64,000 bases of DNA. Source: the human T2T-CHM13v2.0 reference genome, Homo sapiens. Of the stretch, positions 12,774 through 25,272 are shown piece after piece. The stretch's first letter is position 1; each line of letters begins with the position of its first letter. The stretch lies in the NCBI RefSeq assembly GCF_009914755.1, contig NC_060934.1, one strand, 5' to 3'. Both the position numbers and the translations under genes were made by a program. A model generated the notes under the pieces. The model was not told the origin of the DNA. It ran no database searches and worked only from the letters and a program-made list of their open reading frames with translations.

Positions 12774-15114
12774 AGAGACAGGTACAAAGCCTCGACACAA
12801 GCCATAGGAGGGAGGGATTAACTAGGGACGTGGTGGGAAGGGCAGGCAGAAAAGGCTCTCTGAAGATGGTGAATTGGATTCTAGATGCTGGAGACCTATG
12901 GATCAACGATATGGATGTGAGACAGCTTGATACATGCTGTGAATGCATTTGTTGCTGCTGGAATGCAATGTCTGGGATATGGGGTGGAGGGGAGAGAGAA
13001 GAGGGGAGGGTGGGGACAAGGATGGAGACACAGTCTTATGTGGGGCAGCAGCTGGGGCCTGGAGAGCCTGCTATGCCACGGTAAGGAGCCTGGAGTCACA
13101 CCATGAGGGAAGTTTTGAAGTCGGGCAGAGACAGGATCAGACTTGCATTTTTGAAAGGGCATTTTAGACTTCAGGCAGCAGTGTGCAGGATGGATAGACC
13201 GTGTTTCTGAAGAGTGAGTGAGAGTATCACAGAGAGGATTTGAACATCCTGGGGCCAGGGGTGGGGTAGGGCACTGGATGACCTCCAAAGTTCTTTTCCA
13301 GGCCTAATAGTTTACGTGTCAAGTTTTTTCCCTAAATAATTTAAAATGCACTCGTGGACCCCACTATTTAAAAGGATCCTCCCAGATATATATTTGTGAT
13401 TCACTTCCTAGTTTGTCTCCAGTGGAAGTCCAAATTTCCATGCAGTCTATCAGCTTCAAGCAAAGTAAACCTGCACTGAGCTTCCCTGCAGCAGCCAGGT
13501 GGGAAGGGGGCGGGAAGGAGAGGGAAAACAGCAAAGGGAGGTAAAGAGGAAGAGAAACTCAGCCTTGCTCCAGGCTCAGAGCCAGCCACCATCTCATGGA
13601 GTGGGCCTTGCCTGGAGTCCTCAAGCGCTGCTTGATCAGGGGACCTTTGGAGGTTTACATAGTCCTTGTGCCAGCTCTGGGAAGGAGCTAGATGGAAGGC
13701 GGGTTTGGAGATCAAATCGAATACCAAGGGTCACCTCTGCCCCAGAATGGCCACCAACATTCACTTACTCATTTGTGCACCCACTGAGCACCTACTGAGC
13801 CCCTCCACATGCCAAGTGCCATGCTAGGCACTGAATTTGTGGCTGAGAACAAATGACGGTGTCTCCCTCATACTGTTTACAAGGCAGCATTTCTCCTTGA
13901 GGACTCTTATTTCCCCACCTGAAAAAAGCCTCTTTGGATATACACAGCTTCTCAGATGAGAGGTGCATGATGATGATTTCTAAGAAAGAGCCTGTTCTTA
14001 GAGACCAGAGTGAAAGGGAATGTGCCACCCCTTAGAGGAAGAGACTGCCGGTGACGGAAAGAGCCTGCCACCCAGCTCCTCTGATTACAGGGACTGACCT
14101 CCAGAGGCTAAGGGACCTGCTTCAGGACACACAGAAGATTCATGGCAGGAATCTACATAGTGACGCTCCCATGTGGGAAGGGAGGGATGTCACCTCAGTC
14201 CTCTCAGGGGAGCCTCAAGTGACTTCCTACCTCCCATCCTGAGCACAAGGAGGACAAGACCAGGGTCAGACCTCATGTGAAAAACACCAACCAAGGCTGT
14301 TCCCACCAATCCTATAAGAGCGCCTCTGCCCTTCTGGGAGGGGAACTTCCAGCTCCCAGGCCTGTTCCCCTTCCTAAGAGCTGTGTTAAAATTTGCACAA
14401 CATGATGCTTCCTTTAAGACAGGTCTACATCAATAGAGGGCTGGAATGCCAAAGCAGGAATCTCCACCGAGGTGGCTGCTCTCTAGGTAGGTGAAGGCTG
14501 ATGTAAGGAAAGAAAGCAGTCCCTGCAGTCCCTCCTCAGGTCACCGGGACACTCCCAGGGCTCAGCAGTGATTCCCATGACCTTGTCACTGTACTTGTCC
14601 GGTGCAAACAAAGATAAGAGTAACTGGAAACAACAGAGAGGGTCATTTTATACTCTCTGCACTCTCAATTCTTCCATAGCTAATTAAAGTAATACGTCAA
14701 AATGTCCCTTGGAAGAGCTCTTTAAGAATATGTCTGTTAAATAAACAAGGTTTCACTGATTAATGACACACCTTCCCATCCCTCGTTGAAGTTCCTTGTG
14801 GAACTTCTGGGCCAGGAGGGTTGAGCAGGAAAGGATGGAGGAGAAGTCGCCATCACCCTTTCTTGGAGGGAGGGGGCACATATCCAGCCTCTTGTCATTT
14901 GTGGAGCTATCAGTTTCTCCTCTGGATGCTGATCAGATTTCCTGGGCTGGAACCAACTTACAGGGCCAGGGTACTGGAATTTTTCCAAGAAGTAAACGCT
15001 TTGCTTCTTACAAAGTCAACATGATTTCTTTCAAGGAAAATTTTAATTTTTTTAGTGTCTAGGGTTTTTGAAGGGCAAATCTTTGGACCTTTCTCTAAAG
15101 AGAATGATTATATT

Positions 15115-15150
<36 letters not shown>

Positions 15151-15584
15151 CTAAGACCACCTCTCCACCACACACACACACACACACACACACTCATAGA
15201 GAGGCATGGGGGTGGGAGAATGATTTGTCCAATATTGCACAATGAGTCAGTGGCATAGCCAGAAATACAACTATACAAACTCCCAATTCTTAATAATAGA
15301 AATATTAATATAGTCTCTATAATTTTCTATTTATTTTTGTTTTCACAGCTCACATTTAATTTTCACAACAACTCTGGGGGAATCTGGGTAAAACGGTCTC
15401 AGGAGAGAGCAGATCTGAATTGCAGACCAGCTCTGTCACTTGCTTGCAGTGTGATCCTGGCTGCTTCCCTCTCCTCTCTGGATCTCAGTGCCCTCGGCTG
15501 TGAAATGGGAGAATTGGATGAGAGTACTTCTAAAATCACTCCCACCTCTAATGTGCTGTGATTCTGTGCTGCAATGCTCCAGTC

Positions 15585-15790
15585 CCGGGTTTCTCAATCT
15601 TGGTGTTAATGACATTTTGGGCCAGATAATTCCTTGCTGTGAGACGTGTTCTGTGCACTGTAGGATGTTCAGCAGCATCCCTGGCCTCTACCTAGTGGAT
15701 ACTAGTAGCACCCCATTCCCCAGTTGTAACAAGAAAAAGTGTCTACAGACATTGCCAAATATCTGGGAGGGGGAACAAAATAACCCCTCT
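15585..15790. mobile_element. MER20 (opposite orientation to 9719-9932)
   Basis: gggtttctcaatcttgg..gacattttgggccagataattccttgctgtg..gtgcactgtaggatgttcagcagcatccctggcctctacc..cagacattgccaaat. Confidence 0.85.
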
Positions 15791-17195
15791 AGTCACCATT
15801 CAAGGATTTCGATAAGGTAAAAATCATGAGTGGTTCAGGGGAAAAACGGTCTTCCTCTCCCTTCCTTTCCCCCAACCCTTTCACACCTTTCTGCACACTT
15901 TTCAAAGACAACCTCTCAGTCCTTTGCTGCTTCTTATTTCTTAAATGCCCTAAATGGTCTGGGGTGTGTTTGGTGTGATAATGAACCAATTGATTTCATA
16001 CTTTCTCCTAAGGAAAGTTCACAGGTTTATGTCCCCTAAGCAACCAGCCAGGCTCTCCAGAAATCCCTAGCAGAGCCCAGGCTGGCCTGGAAGCCTGTAT
16101 CTGCAGCCTGCAGGAGGCTCGGTGAGCACGAATTTGTCAGCACTCTTAAATCACTAGGCTCCAAGGAAGGCTTCTCCCAGCAGAAAGATCCTTCCTTAGG
16201 AATCAATAGCTCAGGGCCCTCCATCACATTCAGAATTATCCTGGGACCCATAAAATTTCTTTTCCCCAAGCATGGCAGAACCCCAAAGTGAAAACCCTGA
16301 GGTGGGGCAGGGAAAGAGGCAAGGAGGGAGCCCTGCCAAGAAGGCCTTGCCCATCAGCCCAGATATTGCTGTGAGCAGAGGCTGATGTGCAAACCTGGGC
16401 ACTCAGGCTCACTCACTGGGAAAAAGAAGACTCGGGGGTTCCCAGTGATTCAGCAATAATATCCCCTTCCAACTGAATACCTCTTTACCTCTAACCAAGG
16501 GCAGAGGAATACTAAAGACTGTCTCCCTCCAGCTTCGCTCCCCTACCCTCATCACATGGTTGTCAGCCTCATCATTTAGCAGAGAAGGAAACTGAGGCTT
16601 GCAGAGGTTAAGTGGTTTGTTTAAGGTCTCTAAGCCAGCAAGCGGAGACCAGATTCTAAGCCTGTGTCCTTACCATTACAATGAGAGGGGGAAGGGTCAG
16701 CCATCTGGTGGGGCTCATAAAAGCCCCACTGGACAATTTCCTGTTTCTCATAGTCTAATGCCACTTCTCAAGCTCTCTACCCACTCCCGCATTCAAACAA
16801 AAGTCCAGAGAGCTTGTACTATAACCACAATGTATGTAAGTATATTCCTCTGGTCTTATCCAGAACCAGAACAAGTCTTGAGAATGCAGGCTCATTTCAC
16901 CAGGTAAAGCTAGGAGCTGGTGAGATCTCAAGCATAGCCTCTTAAGACTCCAGTTTAAAGAGAGGGGCTTTTCCTCTCCGGTGGTCCACGTGATCCTGCA
17001 CCTCCCTCCTCCCGCTGAAGATGAAGCTCCAACTTCATCTTCTGTGAGCATGAGGGAGAGGAGGGGACTCAAGCATCTTCCCTGGCAACAAGCATCCCTT
17101 TCGTGAGTCTTAGGGAGAGAAGAGGATTCCGCCTCTCAGAATTCTGGCTTGGCAGCAGTGGGTTTCTTACGAGGGTAGGCTTCCGAGTCTGCTGA

Positions 17196-17608
<413 letters not shown>

Positions 17609-18728
17609 TCAGATGTCGACAGCCAGGCTCTCGGAACAGAAGAAAGGGCAATGGAAATGGTAGTATCTTGCAGGTCACCGAAGAAGTCCAAACATAAGGA
17701 TTTGGCAAAAATAGAATGTCCTAGCACTCTGACCTTGAGCTGGGAGCAGCAAGGGTGGGGGAAATAGGCAAATACTCTTTGGAAACTCTCCAATCCATCT
17801 ATAATCTGAATCTGGGAGGTCTCACCAGCAGTGGTGTGACTGCAAGCAGAGAGACCCCACGCCAACATTCCTTGGCGCTCCAGACCTGGGTTCCAAGACC
17901 ACAGTGAGGGACTCGGCACTTCTGACTCCTAAATGCACAGACTGAAACCTGGACTTGCATGGCTTTTGCTTAAAACACCACTTGGAATAATGAGACGAGA
18001 TTGTAGAGGCAGGGAAAGAATAATTAGGAATTTCTATGACCTGTGTATGTCCATGACAAGAACTGTATTTTCTCCTCACCTCCTCACTCTGAAAAACAGA
18101 TTCAAAATAGAATCTCCCCAACTGTATGGGATGTATTAATTTACCAAAGCCTGGTCAGTCAATAACTATGAGTGCCTACTGTATAGAGAAAGTATGTCCA
18201 TCTTTATAGTGAAGAGGAAGCAGGCCGCTGGAGTGGAAACAGCTCTGAATCGAGCAGTGGGAATCCTAGGGCCTAGTTCCATGTCTTCCACCAAATAGCC
18301 ATGTGACCTTGGCTTTATCCAGCTTCAGTTTTCTCATCTGTAAATTAAATGTGCATGTGAGTGTTGGGATGGAATGGGGTTGGATGAGATGCTCTCCAAG
18401 GCTCCTTGCTTCTGGCTCTAATGTTCTGGAACTCCATGAACCCTTAAAGAGTTCAAAGAACACAGCGGCACCAAGCACAAAGGAATGATCCCCGAGAGAG
18501 GGTGGGGCTGTGTACCAGCTCTGTCTCCTTGGAATGTTGTGCTTGCACCTGCCCCATAGCACCCGAGGTCACAGGACCACCTGAAGCCCAGGAAGCATGT
18601 GGTAGAAGGATTCCAAGTACGATGGTGGTGGTTGAAGGCTGTAGCCTGAGCTGCCTTAAAGCATTAAGTTGCTACAGCCAGTAAAGGGCAAGAAGTGAGA
18701 AAGTCAGTGGTCCTGAGCCAGGTACCTT

Positions 18729-18747
18729 TGGCGCCCCCTACTGGACA
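18729..18747 (-). promoter_or_regulatory. CTCF binding motif (intron 1)
   Basis: Minus strand TGTCCAGTAGGGGGCGCCA matches the CTCF core CCASYAGRKGGCRS at every core position. Confidence 0.75.
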
Positions 18748-19851
18748 CCAAGGAGTCTGCTCCACCTTTAGGCTTCCACCGCCTCAGCACGGAAGCAAGG
18801 GAGCGCTTGAGCATGAGAGGCTGTCACAAGCTGTTTAGTAGGACTGCCTTCCCGGTTGGTGGTATTCTTTCTATAGAAGTCTATTGCACTCCCTAGAATT
18901 ACACAGGCCATTGGTCCACAGATTTACAGGGGCACCCCTGCGCAGCCATAGGACGTCTTAACCAAACATCAAGGTACCAAGGAATAAACACCAGGGTTCA
19001 GAACACCAGGTGCAGCCCAGATGGAGAAGGGAAGAAAGAGCAACAAGCAGGTATTTCGCTGCACAAATCCCCAGTGGAGAGAAGGTCTTGGGAAATGCAG
19101 CAGAAAAATGTTGACTGCAGCAGACAACGATGGAGCTGGGGGTTGGGATATAGATTGATAGCACCCATAAAATATCTCCAGGCTGAAGCAGGTACCCTAG
19201 GAGTTTGAACATCCACCTACATTCAGGGATGGGATAAGGTGGAGGATTCAGGCTCAAATGAGCAGCCACAGAGCAGGTTCCCCAGACTCCCTACACACCG
19301 TTTCGACCTTTTCCAGAGTCCATTAGTACCCACCGGAAATGGAAATGTTCTAATTGTGGTCCTCTGTGCCATCATCAAGACCCTCAACTCCCTTCATTAC
19401 CTCTTAAATTGACTTTAGGACCTACTGCCAGAAGGATGTTCTTAACCAAGTCAGAGAGAGAGAGAGAACATTTTCTCAAGAACCATGCTGGAACAGCCAC
19501 CATGTTCCCACTTTTCCAGCCTCCACCTCTCCCCCATGGCTGAGGGTGAGGTACTCTGTGACTCTCAATGAGCTCTAATTCAGTCTTGGACATCTCCAGC
19601 CCCAAGTCGTCTGGGTTCCAAATCTCCGTCAATCGCTTATCTCTTCCCACATGAGTTCTCCCCTGACTCAAGAAAACACTATAGAACTGTCCCCTGTCCT
19701 GGGACCCTCTTCCCTTCTTTTCCACTTGGCTTCACGTGGAAAGTCCTGCACCCATCCCAGAAGACACCTCAAGTGCAACTCAAGAATGTGTCCTGTCAGG
19801 AGAACGGAAGCATCTCCTGGGATGTGCAGAAGCCACACTGGGTGCACCCAC

Positions 19852-19862
19852 CAGCAGCAGCA

Positions 19863-19922
<60 letters not shown>

Positions 19923-19929
19923 GCAGCAA
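19852..19929. repeat. Compound trinucleotide repeat (CAG)4(CGG)18(CAG)3CAA
   Basis: Counted directly; pure CGG run at 19864-19917. Confidence 0.98.
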
Positions 19930-20837
19930 TATTCATTAGTCATTCCTGGAGGAAGCCCCCCCAGCTCTCAACCCTAGGAGAATTTCCCCGCCACTCTGGG
20001 AGGCTTCCATCCAGGCTGGGATGACTTTGGATTCTTGAGTTGCTTTCTGCAGAAGCGGGACTAACCAGGGCTCCCAACTACTGTACTGCAAAGAAGCGCG
20101 CTGCATTGCTGGGCATGCCCCCAAGCCCGGCCTGGCTGCCCCATCAAAGCCTCCAAGTGCCCCCACGGGGTCGAGGAGGACTCAGGGTTCCCCTGGAATG
20201 CCTGAAGCCGGCTTGCCTCAGGCAGCCTGAAGGGAAGACCACACCTCGTCCAGCATAAGGCGGCTAGCAGCTACGCCGCGCGCGGGGCTGGCTCCCGGAG
20301 CTCTCTGCCACCCAGCGCTGTGCCCGGGAACTCGGCTTCCCAGGGGAGGAAGAGCCAGCCCGCGGGGCTCTTCCCCAGCCTGGAAGCGTAGGCACTCGGC
20401 CGAGGCCAGTGGCTTCCCAGGCCCGGGTCTCAGCCTGGCTGACTGGGAGACTCTCCCGATAGCCCGGCACATCCCTCCTCACCCGCTCCGCCCCCTCCAG
20501 GCCCCAGAGGCCCCCTCCCCTGACAGCTGACCTCCAGTGCGCCCCCAACACTTTCTCTGCCAGCTGCTGGCTGTCGCCCCCACACATCAGCTCCCACCTC
20601 TCCGCCACCTCCAACCCGGCCGCCGCCTCACCCCCAGCCCGCGGGGGAGGCTCCGCGCGCCAATCGAGTCCAGCGCCTCCCAGCAAGTTAGGAGCGAAGC
20701 CGCCGCCTTCGCGATCCCAGTCTTCCCGGGTTCCCGGGCGGCGTCCCCGCCACCCTTGCGGGCGGATCCGGGGGGGCGCGCAGAGCTGGAGAAACTTTCT
20801 CCGCCTTAGGGTGGGGGGCACCGGTGCAGATACTCAC

Positions 20838-20861
20838 GCCGGGGTCAGCGCTCGGAGCCAT
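20838..20861 (-). CDS. CRTAC1: CRTAC1 coding exon 1 (MAPSADPG)
   Basis: Minus strand reads agcgggAGG-ATG GCT CCG AGC GCT GAC CCC GGC|GTGAGTA: strong Kozak (A at -3, G at +4) and a canonical phase-0 donor. The peptide matches the known CRTAC1 N-terminus MAPSADPG-MSRMLPF. Confidence 0.96.
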
Positions 20862-21010
20862 CCTCCCGCTCTCGGCCCCGCCGCCTAGGGGCGTGGGAAG
20901 CGGGCGCTCGCTGCCGCCTCTGCCGCCGGCGCCGCCGCCTGCTTGCTCCCAGCCCCGGTCCCGGGCTGGCCTCGAGCCTCCCGCCCCGACGCCGCGCGCT
21001 CGCTTTATAC
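20862..21010 (-). other. CRTAC1: CRTAC1 5' UTR of exon 1 (TSS approximate)
   Basis: GC-rich stretch between the ATG and the AT-rich core-promoter motifs; the exact TSS cannot be fixed from sequence alone. Confidence 0.6.
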
Positions 21011-21120
21011 AACTCCACTCGAGCGCGCCCGGTCTTATGTAAAGGCTGGCGGAGGCCCGCAGCCAATGGCGCGGCAGCTGGAGCCGGGGGCCCGGGGTGG
21101 GGGGCGCCGGCGCGGCCAAT
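21004..21120 (-). promoter_or_regulatory. Core/proximal promoter motifs: TATAAA (21009-21004, minus), TTATGTAA D-box/TATA-like (21035-21042), CCAAT boxes (21063-21067, 21116-21120)
   Basis: Motifs read directly: ctttatac, cttatgtaaa, agccaatggc, ggccaatcgc. They are isolated AT-rich words in a CpG island at promoter-like spacing upstream of exon 1. Confidence 0.65.
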
Positions 21121-22609
21121 CGCGGCCCCGAGAGCCCGGAGAGCCGGGCGTGGGGAGGGAGCGCCTCCCCGCGCTGATTTAGGAGCCGGGATTGCGGTGG
21201 CAGCAGCCGGCAGCCAGGCTGGCCCGGCGCGGCGCGGCGGCCACTGGGGTGGGCGGCGGCGAAGGCGGCGGCGAGGGCGGGCGCCCCCCGCGCCCCGCCA
21301 CTGCGTCGCGTAACCTTCAGGCGGCAGCGAGGCCTGGCGAGGAGGGGAGAGGGCGCCTGGCTGGGCGCTGGGGGCCCCAGGCCGGAGGGAAGCGAGGGTC
21401 CCTCGGGAGGCAGCGCAGGGAAGGAACGCGAAGGGGGAGGGGAGGGCGGCGAGCCCCAGGACCCCGCGGCCACCCCTGCGCGCAGGACCGAGGGTGGAGG
21501 CGGGAGCGGCTGCACTGCCTTCCCATTTCCCCCCAGGATAGCGATCTGGCGTCGCCGGGCCGGGCCAAAGCGGCCAAGCGAGCCGCGCTGATGGCGAGAT
21601 TTCGACTACGGAGCTAGCGCCGAGCCGATCTTTATCCAGCCTGGGGACGTGTCCGAGCACCTCCCGGGGACTGCTCAGTATGGAGAGCAGGGCTCCGCGA
21701 CGGCCCCCGCAGGCGGGGAGCGGGCGAGCGCAGCTCGGAGATCAGGCGCGCAGAGGCCCAGGCGGCTGCGGGCAGCGCCGCTTCTACCCCACCCCGTCCC
21801 CACCAGCAGTGCCCCCACCCCATCCCACCTAGTCCCTACCCCAGCAGTGGCCGAGTCGGGCCTGGCCCACCCGCTCCTGCCGCCTGCGTCCTACTAGCCT
21901 CCCTCACCGCTTTGATCACAGGTACTGCCCGCCTCTCCTCGCCCCCAACCCGCTGCCTTGGTGGTGGTGGGGGGATGGTTTCTGCCTCTCTGGACCAGGG
22001 GAATGGGGGTGCTAAGCGCCAGAAAAACACACTTGATCAGCAATGCTCAAAATACCCCTGTTCAGGCAGGAAACTGGCCTTGGTGGGTCACACTCTGAAG
22101 GCAAATCCTTTATTTTACGCCTAGAATAGAGCCTGGCACATAGTAGGCGCTCAGTGTTTATTGAATGAATTCTGAGCTTCCATGAGTGAGGTCTTTGGGT
22201 TTCTGAAAGCCAGGTAAAGGGGCCACAGAAGAGAAAGACTTGGGAATCCACCATCGGAGAGGGAAGGAGCTAGGACTGTTTTCCCATCCGTTGACGCTTT
22301 TGTGACCATCACCCACTAGTCTGGCTTCTGGGCCCTTGACTCTTAGAATGATTTGAATGTGTTCTTTTATAGAGGGCCACACATCCAGCCTCTGGCCCCT
22401 GTTATCCACAGATTTTGAGCAGAACTACCAGGACCTAGTCTGGGCTCTGTTTTCAGGTCTCTGTGATCTTCCTCTGAAAAGAAATAGCTAGGCACAGACA
22501 AACTTTCTGGCTTTTTGAGCCCCCATCAAGCCTGTAAGGTTGTGGGCCCCTTTGAAAATCTGGCAAAAATTACTGAATCATTTTTCTAGAAAAATATACA
22601 AACACACAC

Positions 22610-22613
<4 letters not shown>

Positions 22614-22651
<38 letters not shown>
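22614..22651. repeat. (AC)19 microsatellite
   Basis: Read directly; lies within a hAT-like (MER117-like) remnant. Confidence 0.9.
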
Positions 22652-22653
<2 letters not shown>

Positions 22654-23765
22654 TGAGTATACTTTCAGGATCATTAGGAACCCTGAGTCTCTTGGGGCTC
22701 GGTCCAATGTCAACCTGTTTCTTCAGGGGTCTAGGACAGTAGTTTATAATCACCCTCCTTTTGGGGATCACAGACCCTTTAGAACCTTTCAAGAATCTCA
22801 TAAATGTTATGGATCTGTTGCTTATAAAAATGCTCACTCACATACACACATGTTGACATGCAACTTTAGGAGGGTTCGTGGATCATTAAAACTTAATCTA
22901 GGGCCCTGATTAAGAACCTTCATCTATCGGCAAATAGACTCTGCCCCCAAGGCCATATCTGATCCCCAGCTCTCTGCATAAGGAGTCCAGTTGGCTCTGC
23001 ACCCTGCTGGAACATGCCACCACCTTGTTCTGAGGGCATCTGAGTCATCTGGCCAAGGCTCTGGCACCTGAGAGACTGTCTCCACACTTTCTCTGCATCT
23101 TGGTCCCCGCCACCCTCTTAATGTGGAAATAAGTTGCAGGTTGTCATATTATGTCTGATCTATGAGCATTCCTTAGCCAGAAACTCCAACTCAGGGAGAC
23201 AGCAAGTGACTGGTAATTAACCAGTTTCACTCAATCCCAAACATCTGAGCACACCTTTCTTGGTTTTTGTTCTCACCTCTCTCTTCTCCGGTGAAGCTGT
23301 GCACAGCAGCCCCAGCTGTAGCGCCTCACCTCACCCAGACCCGACAGATTTAGTAACCAGCACGGTAATTATCAGCATTAGCCAACCAGATGTGAATAGG
23401 TGCTCTGTGCAAAATAACTCTGTAATAATCTCACACTTTCCTGCAGCTAGCCAGGTAAGGTTACAACAGACCAAAGGTGCTAGGGAAGGACAGAAAAATG
23501 CAGGAAATGATGGAGATGTTCCAGCCAGGAAGTGCTCCAGGGAATACAATCTGGCTTCAGCACTTGAACTTGTGAGGGTTTAGCCCAGTGGGCCAGGCAG
23601 TCCTGGTTGGAAAATTTCTCATTTCTCTGATGTCCTCGATGTCCATTTGCTCAGTTCATGTCAGTGTCTGCTCAGAGCTCCAGCCCTTCCCCACCCCCAA
23701 TCCCGTGAGAGACCTCTTGTCCTCCCACATTGCCCAAACACAGCTTTCTTGAGGCACATGCACAC

Positions 23766-24159
23766 GGTTATAGACTGAATTGTGCCTCTCCGGACCAAAT
23801 TCACATAGTGAAGCCCTAACCCTTAGTGTGACTGCATTTGGAGATAAGGCCTTTAAAGGGGCAATTAAGGCAAAATGAGATCATAAGGGTGGACCCTAAT
23901 TCAATAGGACTAGTGTCCTCGTAAGAAGAGAGAGAGATACCAGAGATCTCCCATTTCTCTCTGTGCATCCTCAGGAGAAAGCCTGCCTGAGTAACAGGAG
24001 GAGGCCATCTGCAAGCCAGGAGCAGGGCCTCTGCAGAAACCAGACCTGCCAGCACCTTGATCTGGGACTTCCAGGCTCCAGAACTGTGAGAACATTAACT
24101 TCTGTGGTTAAGCTCCACGTCTGTGGTATTGGCTATGGCAGTCTGAGCTGACTAATACA
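23766..24159 (+). mobile_element. MLT1A-type MaLR solo LTR
   Basis: tatagactgaattgtgcc..gaagccctaacc..tttggagataaggccttta..gccagcaccttgatctgggacttccaggctccagaactgtgaga..gctgactaataca. Confidence 0.88.
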
Positions 24160-24965
24160 CACATTTTCAGCACACCCTTACCCCATGCATCTTGTTCAGG
24201 CTCCAGTCCTTTGACCCCAGTGAAGTTGTTTTTTCTTCAGAGTGTTCCCCCACAGACTTCTTCATTCTTACCTGGGGAACGTGCTTAAATTGTTTTCTCA
24301 TCTGTTCATACCCAAACCAAGTCTTCCTTCCTGCGCCACCTTCCAAAACTGCCCTGGCCAGCAGTTTTCAGCTCTCCTGCAGGTCTACACCATCTTATCA
24401 CCTGTGATGCACATTAGCTTTTTTTCACTCAGTGATACTTGGCCTCCCTATCAGAATATGAGCCCCTTGAAGTCCAGAGTTTGTACCTTGCAGTTGACTA
24501 CCTCACAGAACCCAGCATGAAACTGGGCACAGAGTGAACACACATTAGATATTTGCTGAGTTATTCCAATTAAACCTATTTACTTAAAAATACTATTAAA
24601 GCTGTACAGTACTTCATTTTCTAAAAACTCAAGATGTATTGTGTGTGTTAGTCATCATCAACATCACTGGAGCAGGAGTTCTCAGGAGCTAGTTTTCTTC
24701 TAAAGTCCAGGATCAGAGAGGTTGGACTTTACGCAAGTTGCTAACAGTCATGCAACAAGTTAAGGACAGGACAAAAACTGTAGGAAACACTGAAGACAAC
24801 CTCCAGACCCCATGTCCTTTCATTGACAAATGACTTTGTTAATTCTCTCTCTACATTAGAAGATTACTTGGCTATCTTCTCTCTCTCCGGGTGAGAAGTC
24901 AAGACACCAGATCTTAGAGATGCTTCTGTCCCAAGAGTTCTGTCACAGGAGAACAGAGAGGCTGG

Positions 24966-25272
24966 TACAGTTCCTCACACCCTTATCTGAAGCCCTTGAG
25001 GCCAGAGGCATTTTAGAATTCAGAAAGGCACCATACATAAACATTCTCAGTGAAGCTTTGAGCAGCATATTGAAATCAGACACATTAATATTTCTGCAAT
25101 GAAATATATGAAGTTTACACTAAGCAGGTGTGAGGATAAAGTAACTTCACATCAGTTTAGGTCAGATTTTGCTACCAGATGAGTCTTGGCATCAAACTTG
25201 CAAAACAAAAATCCTTTTGACTTTCAGAGATTTGGGGATTTGGAATTGTAGATAAGGGATTGTGTATTTTAG
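24966..25272. mobile_element. TcMar-Tigger-derived MITE (MER46C-like)
   Basis: Inverted termini cacacccttatctg / gataagggattgtg with internal taggtcagattttgctaccagatgagt. Confidence 0.55.

Larger units (their letters stand above)
20240..21960. promoter_or_regulatory. CRTAC1: CpG island / CRTAC1 promoter
   Basis: Very high GC content and CpG density around exon 1, with several GC-box-like motifs, against a CpG-depleted background. Confidence 0.93.

Noticed and set aside
15119-15147. Orphan poly-T29 as a possible retrocopy tail
   Set aside because: No element body or correctly placed TSD; likely a simple homopolymer, though it could cause oligo-dT internal-priming artefacts in intron 1.
19802-19813. 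MLPF peptide in the polyAla micro-ORF identical to CRTAC1 signal-peptide residues
   Set aside because: Four-residue coincidence with no extended nucleotide similarity to exon 2.
20688-21515. 275-aa minus-strand ORF (and overlapping 271/185/141-aa ORFs) across the promoter
   Set aside because: Stop-poor frames expected in a very GC-rich CpG island, low-complexity P/G/A/R content and no recognisable domains. Only MAPSADPG is real coding sequence; the frame runs into the intron at GTGAGT.
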